Below, in pieces: positions 1-8,166 of a DNA stretch of 64,000 nucleotides. Source of the DNA: Candidatus Anaeroferrophillacea bacterium. Lineage in GTDB: Bacteria > Desulfobacterota > Anaeroferrophillalia > Anaeroferrophillales > Anaeroferrophillaceae. Both the position numbers and the translations under genes were made by a program. The number at the start of each line of letters is the position of its first letter. Positions within the stretch are counted from its first letter, which is position 1. The notes beneath the pieces were generated by a model. It was given only the letters and a program-made list of their open reading frames with translations. It was not told the origin of the DNA and made no database searches. The stretch spans positions 8,928 through 72,927 of the forward strand of contig JAFGAM010000100.1 of the NCBI GenBank assembly GCA_016933675.1, read 5' to 3'.

Positions 1-412
1 TCAGCAGCTCCTCGATGACGGTTTCCGGGCCGCGGGCGAAGGCGGCGTTGGCGGCGGTGCCGAAAAACTCGCATACCAGGGCCAGCGGCTCGCCGTCGCC
101 GCGGCGGGCGCGGATGATGACGACGCGGTCATGGTGCGGCTGCTCGATCGCGCTGATCCGCGCCCCCTGGAGGTGGCGCCGCAGGTAGGCGCAGAAACGC
201 GGCGGCCGCGGCGGGTTGGGGAACATGCCGGTGGTCAGATGGAGCCCCGGCGCCCGAGGATCGCATGAGACCATCAACTTCAGGTTCCCGGCCCGGCCCC
301 GCAGACGCAGCACCAGGTGGCGCGGGCCCGGTTGCTGAACCTTGTTGATGAATGCGCCGAGTGCCAGCGGGCGGAGATCGTCGATCATGGCGGTCAGAGT
401 GTCACGGTCCAT
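1..412 (-). CDS. NFACT/FbpA-family (RqcH-like) protein, N-terminal part; gene continues beyond left window edge
   Basis: Minus-strand frame from ATG 410-412 reads MDRDTLTAMIDDLRPLALGAFINKVQQPGPRHLVLRLRG...PPRFCAYLRRHLQGARISAIEQPHHDRVVII. This is colinear with the N-terminus of fibronectin-binding protein A/RqcH. No stop before position 1. Not in the ORF track because it is open at the edge. Confidence 0.7.
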   Translation of the reverse strand, partial: MDRDTLTAMIDDLRPLALGAFINKVQQPGPRHLVLRLRGRAGNLKLMVSCDPRAPGLHLTTGMFPNPPRPPRFCAYLRRHLQGARISAIEQPHHDRVVIIRARRGDGEPLALVCEFFGTAANAAFARGPETVIEELL

Positions 413-852
413 GCCTGCCGTTGTACGCCAGGGGCGCCGCTCTTGTAAAGGGTTTCCGCCGTTTGCCAATTCATCGGCGTTTGCACTTTCCGGCGCTGGT
501 CTGGTGCCGGTCAGCAACGCAAGCATCTTGCCCGCGGCCGCCGGCACGTGGTATATGTGCCAAAAGATTTCCTGCATGGCGCGATTGCCGATTGCTGCCG
601 TGCGCCGCTGGGTAGATGCCGGTGCCTCCGCGTCGAGATGTTTCGCATGCCCTGGGTTCCGTATCCGGCCTATCCTGCTGGTGGCGGCGGAGATGTCCAT
701 CTGCAACTACGATCACCACGCCTGCATACTGGAGGTCGGCATCGGTGCCGGCACAATCTTCGTGATGATTCTGGTCCATTTCATTTATAATGAGGGGCGG
801 CTGCTGGAAAAACAGGTGCATGAAGGCCGCCACGATACGGGAGGGACAGGCG

Positions 853-1473
853 GTGACTGAACTGGTACTCGTTCGTCACGGACAGTCGCTGTGGAACCGG
901 GAAAGCCGCTTTACCGGATCCGTCGATGTGCCGCTTACCGACACCGGCCGCGAGGAGGCCCGGCGGGCGGCGGCGCTGCTGGCCGGCCGTGATTTCGCGG
1001 TAGGCTATACTTCTCTGCTGCGGCGGGCGGCGGAAACCTTGAACATCATCGCCGCCGCCGGCTGGCCGGGGTTGCCGGTGATTGCCGATGCGGCCCTTAA
1101 CGAGCGCCATTACGGTGATCTTCAGGGCCGTTTCAAGGACGAAGTCAGGCAGCGGTACGGTTCTGATGTATACCAACTCTGGCACCGGAGCTACGAGATC
1201 CCGCCGCCCGGCGGCGAGAGCCTGCGGCAGACCGTCGAACGGGTGGGGGATTTCTATCGGCGCACCGCGGAGCCGGACCTGCGCCGGGGGAAGAACGTGC
1301 TGCTGGTGGCCCATGGCAATGTCATCCGGTCGCTGGTCATGATCCTGGACGACCTGGCCCCGGAGGCGCTGGCCGCCGTGGAGGTGCTCACCGGAGTGCC
1401 GCGGATCTATCGCTTTGACGACGAGCTGCGGGTCGTCCACCGCGAATCGCTTGCCGAAGGGTTGACGCCATGA
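853..1473 (+). CDS. gpmA: 2,3-bisphosphoglycerate-dependent phosphoglycerate mutase (histidine phosphatase family)
   Basis: ORF 790-1473 contains LVRHGQSLWNRESRFTG (RHG phosphohistidine motif) and LLVAHGNVIRSL. A GGGAGGG RBS lies 7 nt before the in-frame GTG at 853. In-frame alternatives are the track's ORF start at 790 and an ATG at 820. Confidence 0.85.
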   Translation: MTELVLVRHGQSLWNRESRFTGSVDVPLTDTGREEARRAAALLAGRDFAVGYTSLLRRAAETLNIIAAAGWPGLPVIADAALNERHYGDLQGRFKDEVRQRYGSDVYQLWHRSYEIPPPGGESLRQTVERVGDFYRRTAEPDLRRGKNVLLVAHGNVIRSLVMILDDLAPEALAAVEVLTGVPRIYRFDDELRVVHRESLAEGLTP

Positions 1474-1748
1474 ACCAGCGGCTATCGGTGGTGGTTAGCG
1501 GTCGGGTGCAGGGGGTCTGGTTTCGGGCCCATACCATGCGGGAGGCGGAGCGCCTGGGGCTTGCCGGCCGGGTCTGGAACGCTGCCGACGGCAGCGTGCG
1601 GATTATTGCCGAGGGCCCGGCGGCGGTACTCGACGAATTCATCGCCTGGTGCCATCGGGGCTCGCCCGCGTCCCGGGTGGACGCGGTGGAGGTCAGCCGG
1701 GAGCCGTTCCGGCGCGAATATGCCGATTTCCGCATCGCCCGGGCATGA
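1470..1748 (+). CDS. acyP: acylphosphatase
   Basis: 92 aa with the canonical VSGRVQGVWFR and GRVWNAADGSV motifs. ATGA start/stop overlap with gpmA. Confidence 0.9.
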   Translation: MNQRLSVVVSGRVQGVWFRAHTMREAERLGLAGRVWNAADGSVRIIAEGPAAVLDEFIAWCHRGSPASRVDAVEVSREPFRREYADFRIARA

Positions 1749-1772
1749 TGGCTCGTAACCGCGTCGTCTCCC

Positions 1773-4370
1773 ATGCATGACCATCCCGGCATCCGCCTCG
1801 ATCCCGATACCTATCTGACCTCCGAAGTGCAGGCGGAACTGCGTGCCGCCGTCGCCGCCGCCGGCGGCCGCGAGGTGCTTTTCCAGGGTGTCTGCGATGA
1901 CAATGGCCGGATTGCCGTCGTGCGGGTGCTGGCTCGCGGTAACCCCCGCATGGCACCGGCGGTGGACGCCGGCCTGCAGGCCGGCGAGGTGATTATTCAC
2001 AATCATCCCACCGGCAATCTCGAACCGTCAGATGCCGATATCGCGGTGGCCGCACGCCTTGGCGCCCGCGGTATCGGCTGCCTGATTATCGACAACGCCG
2101 TGGCGGCAATCTACCCGGTGGTCGAACCCCTGCGGCCACCGTCGGCGGCGGTGGTGGACCCGGCGGCGGTGGCCGCCTGTTTTGCCGCCGACGGACCGCT
2201 GGCGGCCGCGTTGCCGTATTTCGAGTCGCGTCCCGCCCAGGTGCGCATGGCGGCGGCGGTTACCGCGGCCCTCGATCACCGCCGGCTGCTGCTGGTCGAA
2301 GCCGGCACCGGCACCGGCAAAAGCCTCGGCTACCTGGTGCCGGCGGCGCAATGGATCCTCGCCGGCGATCGCCGGGTGGCGGTCTCCACCAACACCATCA
2401 ATCTTCAGGAACAGCTTCTCAACAAGGATCTGCCGCTGCTCACCGGGCCGCTGGGGATGTCCCTGGAAGCGGTGCTGGTGAAGGGCCGCGGCAATTATGT
2501 CTGTCGTCGCAAGATGCACGAGCTGCAGGGCGACGCGACCCTGCCGGGGCTGGAGGACGGCGAGCGCGCCCTGCTGGCCGATATCGTCGCCTGGTACGCG
2601 GCCACCACCGACGGCAGCCGGGCGGATTTACCGGTGCCGCCGCCGCCGCACATCTGGGAACAATGCTGCTGCGAGGCCGACATCTGCCTCGGGGTGCGCT
2701 GTCCGGATTACGACTCCTGCTTTTTTCAGGGAGCCCGCCGGCGGGCCTCGAAAGCCCGGCTGCTGGTGGTCAACCACCATCTGCTGTTCGCTGATCTCGG
2801 GCTGCCCGAGGGTGCTTCGCTGCTGCCGTCCTGCCAGGCGGTGATCTTCGACGAGGCGCACCATCTGGAAGACATCGCCACCGACCACCTGGGTGAAACC
2901 GCTTCCATGGTGGGCCTGCAGCGGCTGCTCGGCCGCCTGACCCGGCGGCGGGGCGGGGTGCCCGGCGGCGGCGGGTCGGGGCTGCTGGAGCGGCTGTACC
3001 ACCGGCTGCTGCGCCATGTGAAACCGTCGGGCCGGGATCCGGTGGGGATGATAGTCGGCTTGCTGGAAAGTGAGCTGTTGCCGGCTGCCGGTCATGTTTC
3101 CGGGATGCTGCGGACGCTGACGGCAGAATGGCTGGCGGCGGTGAACGGCCGGCTGCCAACGGGTGACGAAGACGATGCCGGGCGGCGCCGGGACCGGCGG
3201 CTGCGGGTGACCGATGGTTTTCGCGGCGAGCCGTGGTGGATAGATGCGGTGCAGCCCCCGGCGTGTGAACTGCAGGAACTGCTGGCGCCGGTGATGAGTG
3301 GGCTGTTGCGGCTTGACACCCTGCTGGAGTCGGCCATCCGCGAGACGCTGCTGCCGCTGGAGGAGTTCGATTTTCTCCTTATCGAGGCCCGCGGGCTGCG
3401 CAGCCGGCTCGATGCCCTGGCGGGGATTTTCAGCCGTTTCTTCCTCGCCGCCCGGGCCGAGGAAGGAACTGTTTGCTGGATCGAGACCAGCAGTGGCCGA
3501 TGGCCCAATCTCACGGTCGTCATCGCGCCGCTGGAGGTCGGGCCGCGGCTCAAAGAGCTGCTTTACGACCGCCGCGAGGCGGTGGTCATGACCTCCGCCA
3601 CCATGGCGGTGGGTGACCGTTTCGACTATGCCCTGGAACATCTGGGGCTGGCGGACGGAGAGATCCGCCGGCGGGTGGACATGTTGCAGCTTCCCAGTCC
3701 CTTCGACTACGAGCGCCAGGCGCTGCTCATGGTGCCGGACGATTTGCCGGAACCGGCTGACCGCACCTACGGCGAGCGACTCGCCGCCTTCCTTGTCGAT
3801 CTGGCGCTGACGGCGGGCGGGCGGATGATGGTGCTGTTCACCGCCTACGGTCTCATGCGCCGGGTGGCGGAACACTGCCGGCCGGCGCTGGCGGCCGGCG
3901 GCATGCACCTCCTCATGCAGGGGGATGGCTCCCGCGACGTTTTGCTCAACACCTTCCGGCGGCACGCCGCGGCGGTGCTTTTCGGCACCGACAGCTTCTG
4001 GGAGGGGGTGGATGTGCGCGGTCGGGCGCTGGAAACCCTGGTGATCGTCCGGCTGCCCTTCCGGGTGCCGGATGAACCGCTGCTGGAAGCGCGTACCGAA
4101 CTTCTGCGCCGGCGCGGCGGTGACCCGTTCAATGATCTTGCTCTGCCGCTGGCGGCGATCAAATTGAAACAGGGGGTTGGCCGGCTCATCCGCGGCCGTG
4201 ACGACCGCGGCATCGTGGTGATTACCGACCGGCGCCTGGTGACCAAGGGCTACGGCCGGCTGCTGCGCCGCTCGCTGCCCATGTCGCGGTTGCGGACCGG
4301 GAGTGCCGCGGAGCTGCTGGCGGCGGCGCGGGAGTTCCTGTACCGGCAGGACCCGGAGGATTCAGCATGA
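1773..4370 (+). CDS. dinG: JAB/MPN-domain - DinG/XPD-family Fe-S DNA helicase fusion protein
   Basis: 865 aa. Residues ~1-125 carry a JAMM motif (IIHNHPTGNLEPSDAD with upstream GREV). The rest has Walker A VEAGTGTGKS, a Cys cluster (VCRRK...CCCEADICLGVRCPDYDSC), DEAH box FDEAHHLED and C-terminal GTDSFWEGVD. Confidence 0.85.
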   Translation: MHDHPGIRLDPDTYLTSEVQAELRAAVAAAGGREVLFQGVCDDNGRIAVVRVLARGNPRMAPAVDAGLQAGEVIIHNHPTGNLEPSDADIAVAARLGARGIGCLIIDNAVAAIYPVVEPLRPPSAAVVDPAAVAACFAADGPLAAALPYFESRPAQVRMAAAVTAALDHRRLLLVEAGTGTGKSLGYLVPAAQWILAGDRRVAVSTNTINLQEQLLNKDLPLLTGPLGMSLEAVLVKGRGNYVCRRKMHELQGDATLPGLEDGERALLADIVAWYAATTDGSRADLPVPPPPHIWEQCCCEADICLGVRCPDYDSCFFQGARRRASKARLLVVNHHLLFADLGLPEGASLLPSCQAVIFDEAHHLEDIATDHLGETASMVGLQRLLGRLTRRRGGVPGGGGSGLLERLYHRLLRHVKPSGRDPVGMIVGLLESELLPAAGHVSGMLRTLTAEWLAAVNGRLPTGDEDDAGRRRDRRLRVTDGFRGEPWWIDAVQPPACELQELLAPVMSGLLRLDTLLESAIRETLLPLEEFDFLLIEARGLRSRLDALAGIFSRFFLAARAEEGTVCWIETSSGRWPNLTVVIAPLEVGPRLKELLYDRREAVVMTSATMAVGDRFDYALEHLGLADGEIRRRVDMLQLPSPFDYERQALLMVPDDLPEPADRTYGERLAAFLVDLALTAGGRMMVLFTAYGLMRRVAEHCRPALAAGGMHLLMQGDGSRDVLLNTFRRHAAAVLFGTDSFWEGVDVRGRALETLVIVRLPFRVPDEPLLEARTELLRRRGGDPFNDLALPLAAIKLKQGVGRLIRGRDDRGIVVITDRRLVTKGYGRLLRRSLPMSRLRTGSAAELLAAAREFLYRQDPEDSA

Positions 4371-4606
4371 CCAACACGACGGCTGGAAAACCGGGGCCGC
4401 TACCGCCGGCAAAGAAGCATCCGTGTTCCGACTGCCGTTTCTGCCAGTGGTGTTCCGACGACCGCTGTTGTCTGTGCCGCGGCGGGGCAGAAAAAGGCGG
4501 GGGTGAGAACGGCGGCGGTTGCCGGCAGGGGCGGAAGCTGAGCCTTGCGGAACAGATTGCCCTTTACAACCGACGCAATCCCGAGATTGCCGGAAAGGGT
4601 GATTGA
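4367..4606 (+). CDS. small Cys-rich protein of unknown function, translationally coupled to the helicase
   Basis: 79 aa with an ATGA overlap on the dinG-like stop. CSDCRFCQWCSDDRCCLCRG gives 8 Cys in 20 residues. No family recognised. Confidence 0.45.
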   Translation: MTNTTAGKPGPLPPAKKHPCSDCRFCQWCSDDRCCLCRGGAEKGGGENGGGCRQGRKLSLAEQIALYNRRNPEIAGKGD

Positions 4607-4897
4607 TGGCTTTGCAGCGGCTGGGCGGCTGCCGATACCCCGTCCGCGGCACCTATCAGGTAGTCGCTGGTAAACAACGGACCTGAATCTTTCCGTCCAC
4701 CCGGAGCGGCAGTATTTTGGCGGCCGCCTGCCGCGATATATCGGCTCGGCCGAGTTGCCGCAGCAGTTCCGCGCACATCTTCTCGTGTCCGTTGCGGTCC
4801 CTTGCCGTGTTCATCGCCAATTCATCCCGTAGGGGTTGCGGGGAGCTGATTTTTACCGCAGGTGCCGACGGACACGGGCTTTCCCCGGTACCTCGCG

Positions 4898-5101
4898 TCA
4901 CCGCCCCCGCTGCCGGCGTGCGGTGACGGTTTCACCGCCGATGCCCCAGTTGTCCGTGTCCACCTCGTCGATGACCACCATCGTTGTCGCCGGGTTTTTT
5001 GCCAGGACCTGGACAAGCAGGTCCGTCACCCCCTGGACGAGTTCTGCTTTCTGGGCTGCGGTGGCGCCGTCCTTCGTGATTCTGATATTGACGTAGGGCA
5101 T
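4898..5101 (-). CDS. 4-oxalocrotonate tautomerase family protein
   Basis: 67 aa, MPYVNIRITKDGATAAQKAELVQGVTDLLVQVLAKNPATTMVVIDEVDTDNWGIGGE, with catalytic Pro1. GGAGGA RBS upstream. Confidence 0.9.
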   Translation of the reverse strand: MPYVNIRITKDGATAAQKAELVQGVTDLLVQVLAKNPATTMVVIDEVDTDNWGIGGETVTARRQRGR

Positions 5102-5160
5102 GGTTCATCCTCCGTTACGGTTCAGTCCCGCTGATGACTGAACTGACATGGTTGGGACCA

Positions 5161-5595
5161 TCAACGGCCGCGGTTGGCGCGGCAGGTTTTTCTCTGATTT
5201 TCGGTGGCGGGATAACTTCTGCAGATTGCCGATCGCGCTTCGTATATGCTGCACCGATAGGCACCGTGAATGTTATTGAGAAAGATGCAATCTCCGTTTT
5301 CCTGGAATTTCATAAAACGCCTCTCACCGGCTTTGTCGATATTGCCGGTAAATTCATCCGCGTTCAATCCCGTGAATGATGCTATTGCCTCGATATCGTC
5401 CTGAAACAGCCGGATAAATGCGAAGTTCCTGCAGCATGAACCGCAACCGCTGCAAACATGCGCTGCTGATAAATTGATGATATGGTTACCTCGCCGTCGG
5501 GTTTGTCCTGTGGCAATAAGCGGGGGGCCGTTGTGGTGGCCATCCTCCGGCGTGACAAACACGCTGTTTATGGTGTATATGCACTTTTTGATCAT
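5161..5595 (-). CDS. YkgJ/UPF0153 family zinc/iron-chelating cysteine-cluster protein
   Basis: CSGCGSCCRN (CxxCxxCC) plus later C-x-F...RCSIYEARSAICRSYP. The ORF extends to 5700, but that would overlap the divergent gene, so ATG 5595 was chosen. Confidence 0.7.
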   Translation of the reverse strand: MIKKCIYTINSVFVTPEDGHHNGPPLIATGQTRRRGNHIINLSAAHVCSGCGSCCRNFAFIRLFQDDIEAIASFTGLNADEFTGNIDKAGERRFMKFQENGDCIFLNNIHGAYRCSIYEARSAICRSYPATENQRKTCRANRGR

Positions 5596-5617
5596 CGTGT
5601 CGAGGAAAATTCCGGCT

Positions 5618-5899
5618 ATGAGTCCTTTGCTGATCAGCCTGCGACAGGCGCCTGTGGTGGTACCGACGGGAGTGGTGGGGGCGACGGCGTTGCTGCTCAA
5701 CGTGCCGTTGGGTTACCTGCGGGCCGGGGTGGACAGGTACACCGTGGCCTGGTTCGTCTACATCCATCTGTCCATTCCGCTGATCATCTGGCTGCGGCGC
5801 TCGCTGCTGCTGGACTGGCGCTTCGTGCCGCTGTTCATCCTCGCGGCCGCCGCCGGCCAGTACCTCGGCGGGCGGCTGCGACGGCACGAGGCGCCATGA
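5618..5899 (+). CDS. small hydrophobic (membrane) protein, unknown function
   Basis: 93 aa from ATG 5618 within ORF 5474-5899. Hydrophobic stretches VVVPTGVVGATALLL, WFVYIHLSIPLIIWL and FVPLFILAAAAG. ATGA overlap with the next gene. Confidence 0.4.
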   Translation: MSPLLISLRQAPVVVPTGVVGATALLLNVPLGYLRAGVDRYTVAWFVYIHLSIPLIIWLRRSLLLDWRFVPLFILAAAAGQYLGGRLRRHEAP

Positions 5900-6561
5900 A
5901 TTGGTCAGCGGTTTTCCCCGGTCGTGACGGCACCGACGGTGCTCGTCCTGTGAAGGCGGTCATTTTCGACTGTGACGGCGTGCTGTTTGCCAGTGAGGGC
6001 GCCAACCTGGCCTTCTACAATCATATTTTCTCGGTCTTCGGCATGCCGCCGGTATCACCGGCGGACAAGATGCGCCTCCGGGTGCTGCATACCTATTCCT
6101 CCCACCAGGTTTTTATCCACTTCTTTGGCACCGGTCGGCTGTACGATGAGGTTCTGACCTACGCCTGCACGGTGGACTATCGCCGTTTCGTGCCGCTGAT
6201 GATTCCTCACCACGGCCTCTTCGAGGTACTCGACGCGTGCAGCCGGCAGTATCCGCTTGCCATTGCCACCAACCGCCGCGGTTCCATGAGCCTGGTGGCC
6301 GATTACTTCGGTATCGGCGGCTATTTCAGCCATATCCTCACCGCCGCCGACGTGCCCCGGCCCAAACCCGCCCCCGACATGCTGGAGGAGATCATCGGAC
6401 GCCTGGGCATCCTTCCCGCCGAGGCGCTCTACGTCGGCGACTCGGTTCTCGATCGTGACGCCGCCCGGGATGCCGGTATCCCTTTCCTCGGATTTGGTTC
6501 CGCCGCCGGCGCCACCCGCCGCATCGACTGCCTCACCGAACTGCTTCCCTTGGCCGGCTGA
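5896..6561 (+). CDS. HAD-superfamily hydrolase (phosphoglycolate phosphatase-like)
   Basis: 221 aa from ATG 5896, the C-terminal part of track ORF 5482-6561. Motif I is VIFDCDGVLF; later motifs are ATNR, KPAPD and YVGDSVLDRDAA. Confidence 0.85.
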   Translation: MNWSAVFPGRDGTDGARPVKAVIFDCDGVLFASEGANLAFYNHIFSVFGMPPVSPADKMRLRVLHTYSSHQVFIHFFGTGRLYDEVLTYACTVDYRRFVPLMIPHHGLFEVLDACSRQYPLAIATNRRGSMSLVADYFGIGGYFSHILTAADVPRPKPAPDMLEEIIGRLGILPAEALYVGDSVLDRDAARDAGIPFLGFGSAAGATRRIDCLTELLPLAG

Positions 6562-6830
6562 TATAAACCGCGTACAAAGAAGCTGGATTTTTCCATCTGC
6601 CGGCATTAGATTAGCCATTTAGTTGGGTATTAGCGCCCCACATTGCTTCCGGCAGTGGTTTATTATCACGTAACCTTGTACTTTTTGAAGTCTCGGGTCA
6701 AGAATTAAAAAACTTAACCATGTAAAATTAATTAGTTAGCGTCATGTTGCTTGGAAGGATGGTGGTCGCAACCGGGCGGCGGGGCGCAACTGGGCGGCGG
6801 AAAAAATGCGTCGAATCGCGGGAGGGGATC

Positions 6831-7745
6831 ATGCGGGCATTCATTACCGGCGGTACGGGATTCATCGGACGGACTCTCACCGGGCACCTGGCGGCGGCGG
6901 GCTGGGAGGTGACGTTGCTCACCCGCACCCTGCGGCCGCCGAAGAACCTGCCCGACGGGGTGCGTTACCTCGAAGGAGATCCCAATCTGCCGGGGCCGTG
7001 GCAGGAGGCGGTGCGTGGCCATAACCTGATCATCAATCTCGCCGGTGCCAACATCTTCACCCGTTGGACCTCCGAACAGCGGCGGCTGATCTATGACAGC
7101 CGGATCAAAACCACCCGCAACCTGGTCGATGCCCTGGCCGCCGGGCCGTTGCCGGATACGGTGCTTATCAGTACCTCGGCCACCGGTTATTATGGCTACC
7201 ACGGCAATGAAACGGTGACCGAGGAAGCGCCTCCGGGAAATGATTTTCTCGCCCGTCTGGCGGTGGACTGGGAGACCCGGGCGCTGCAGGCGGAGAAGTT
7301 CGGGGTACGTACCGTCATCTGTCGCTTCGGTGTTGTCCTCGGGCGCCGCGGCGGCGCCCTAGCCAAACTGCTGCCGGTGTTCCGCGCCGGTTTCGGGGCG
7401 CCGCTGGGTTCCGGGCGGCAGTGGTTTCCGTGGATTCACGAGGCTGATCTCGCCGGCATCCTGCTGTTTCTCACCCGTCAGCCGGAGGTGCGCGGGGTGG
7501 TGAACTGCGTCGGCCCCGAACCGGTGACCAACCGCGAGTTCACCGTCATGCTGAACCGGCTGCTGGAGCGGCCGACCATCTTCCCCGGCGTGCCGGGGTT
7601 TCTCCTGCGCCTGGCCCTCGGCGAGGTGGCCGGCGTCGTCCTCCACGGTCAGCGGATTTCGGCCCGGCGCCTGCTTGACCTTGGTTACCATTTCCGTTAC
7701 GCGACCGTTGAAGAGGCCCTGCGGGCGTTGCTGACCCATGACTGA
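6831..7745 (+). CDS. TIGR01777/SDR39U1 (YfcH-like) epimerase-family protein with DUF1731 C-terminus
   Basis: [16 protein letters not shown] Rossmann start preceded by a GGGAGGGG RBS. Family-typical [12 protein letters not shown] and [16 protein letters not shown]. Confidence 0.85.
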   Translation: MRAFITGGTGFIGRTLTGHLAAAGWEVTLLTRTLRPPKNLPDGVRYLEGDPNLPGPWQEAVRGHNLIINLAGANIFTRWTSEQRRLIYDSRIKTTRNLVDALAAGPLPDTVLISTSATGYYGYHGNETVTEEAPPGNDFLARLAVDWETRALQAEKFGVRTVICRFGVVLGRRGGALAKLLPVFRAGFGAPLGSGRQWFPWIHEADLAGILLFLTRQPEVRGVVNCVGPEPVTNREFTVMLNRLLERPTIFPGVPGFLLRLALGEVAGVVLHGQRISARRLLDLGYHFRYATVEEALRALLTHD

Positions 7746-8071
7746 CGGCTCGGATAATAGGGATCGGCCCTGTTCACGTCCAGGTGCCGGGTTCAAATCT
7801 GCCCGGTGTCTGTCACCTCTTTGGTATTCTGGCCATTCTTCCAGCTCCGATGAAAAGCCCTTCTCCGTTACTGATTGTTCGAATTCTGGATCTAGCTCAG
7901 CGCATTCCTGGGCAAGACGGCTTTTCTCAAGGCGCAATAATTTTTCGGCAACAGCCGCCTGAATAGCTTTGCTACGGTGTCGAGGAAAAATTTCCGCTAC
8001 CGTGAAGTGGTTTTTGAGGTGGGCGGGTACGTGCCGTCGGCGGTTCCGGTTGCCGATTCCGCGCTCGCCGC

Positions 8072-8100
8072 TTGACAGGGTGGGGTACTGATGCTAGCCT
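8072..8100 (+). promoter_or_regulatory. sigma70-like promoter candidate for the STAS-domain gene
   Basis: TTGACA (8072-8077), 17-nt spacer, TAGCCT (8095-8100), about 65 nt upstream of ATG 8167. Confidence 0.35.
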
Positions 8101-8166
8101 GTTTTTTGTCGTACGGCTTGAAGCTGGAACGGTGACTACCTTCGGGATGACGGATGGAGGCAAGCA

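Noticed and set aside
413-700. The NFACT reading frame stays open upstream to an ATG at 698-700.
   Set aside because: Homology to FbpA/RqcH starts exactly at the Met at 410-412 (MDRDTL..). The upstream extension is low-complexity with no counterpart in the family. 413-852 is treated as a long divergent intergenic region.
4656-4814. 52-aa minus-strand ORF (MNTARDRNGHEKMCAELLRQLGRADISRQAAAKILPLRVDGK...) downstream of the tautomerase gene.
   Set aside because: It has a weak RBS and no recognisable family. It also overlaps a degenerate copy of the interspersed repeat (TCCACCCGGAGCGGC segment), which could create the ORF by chance.
5482-6561. 359-aa ORF spanning the small membrane ORF frame region and the HAD hydrolase.
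   Set aside because: Only the part from ATG 5896 (FDCDGVLF onward) is HAD-like. The N-terminal 138 aa are Arg/Gly-rich shadow sequence overlapping another frame that encodes a plausible membrane protein.
7780-7815. tRNA gene or tmRNA 3' end (GGTTCAAATC motif).
   Set aside because: There is only a T-arm-like hairpin with an oversized 10-nt loop. It has no acceptor stem, anticodon arm or CCA context. It is kept only as a possible remnant in a low-interest finding.
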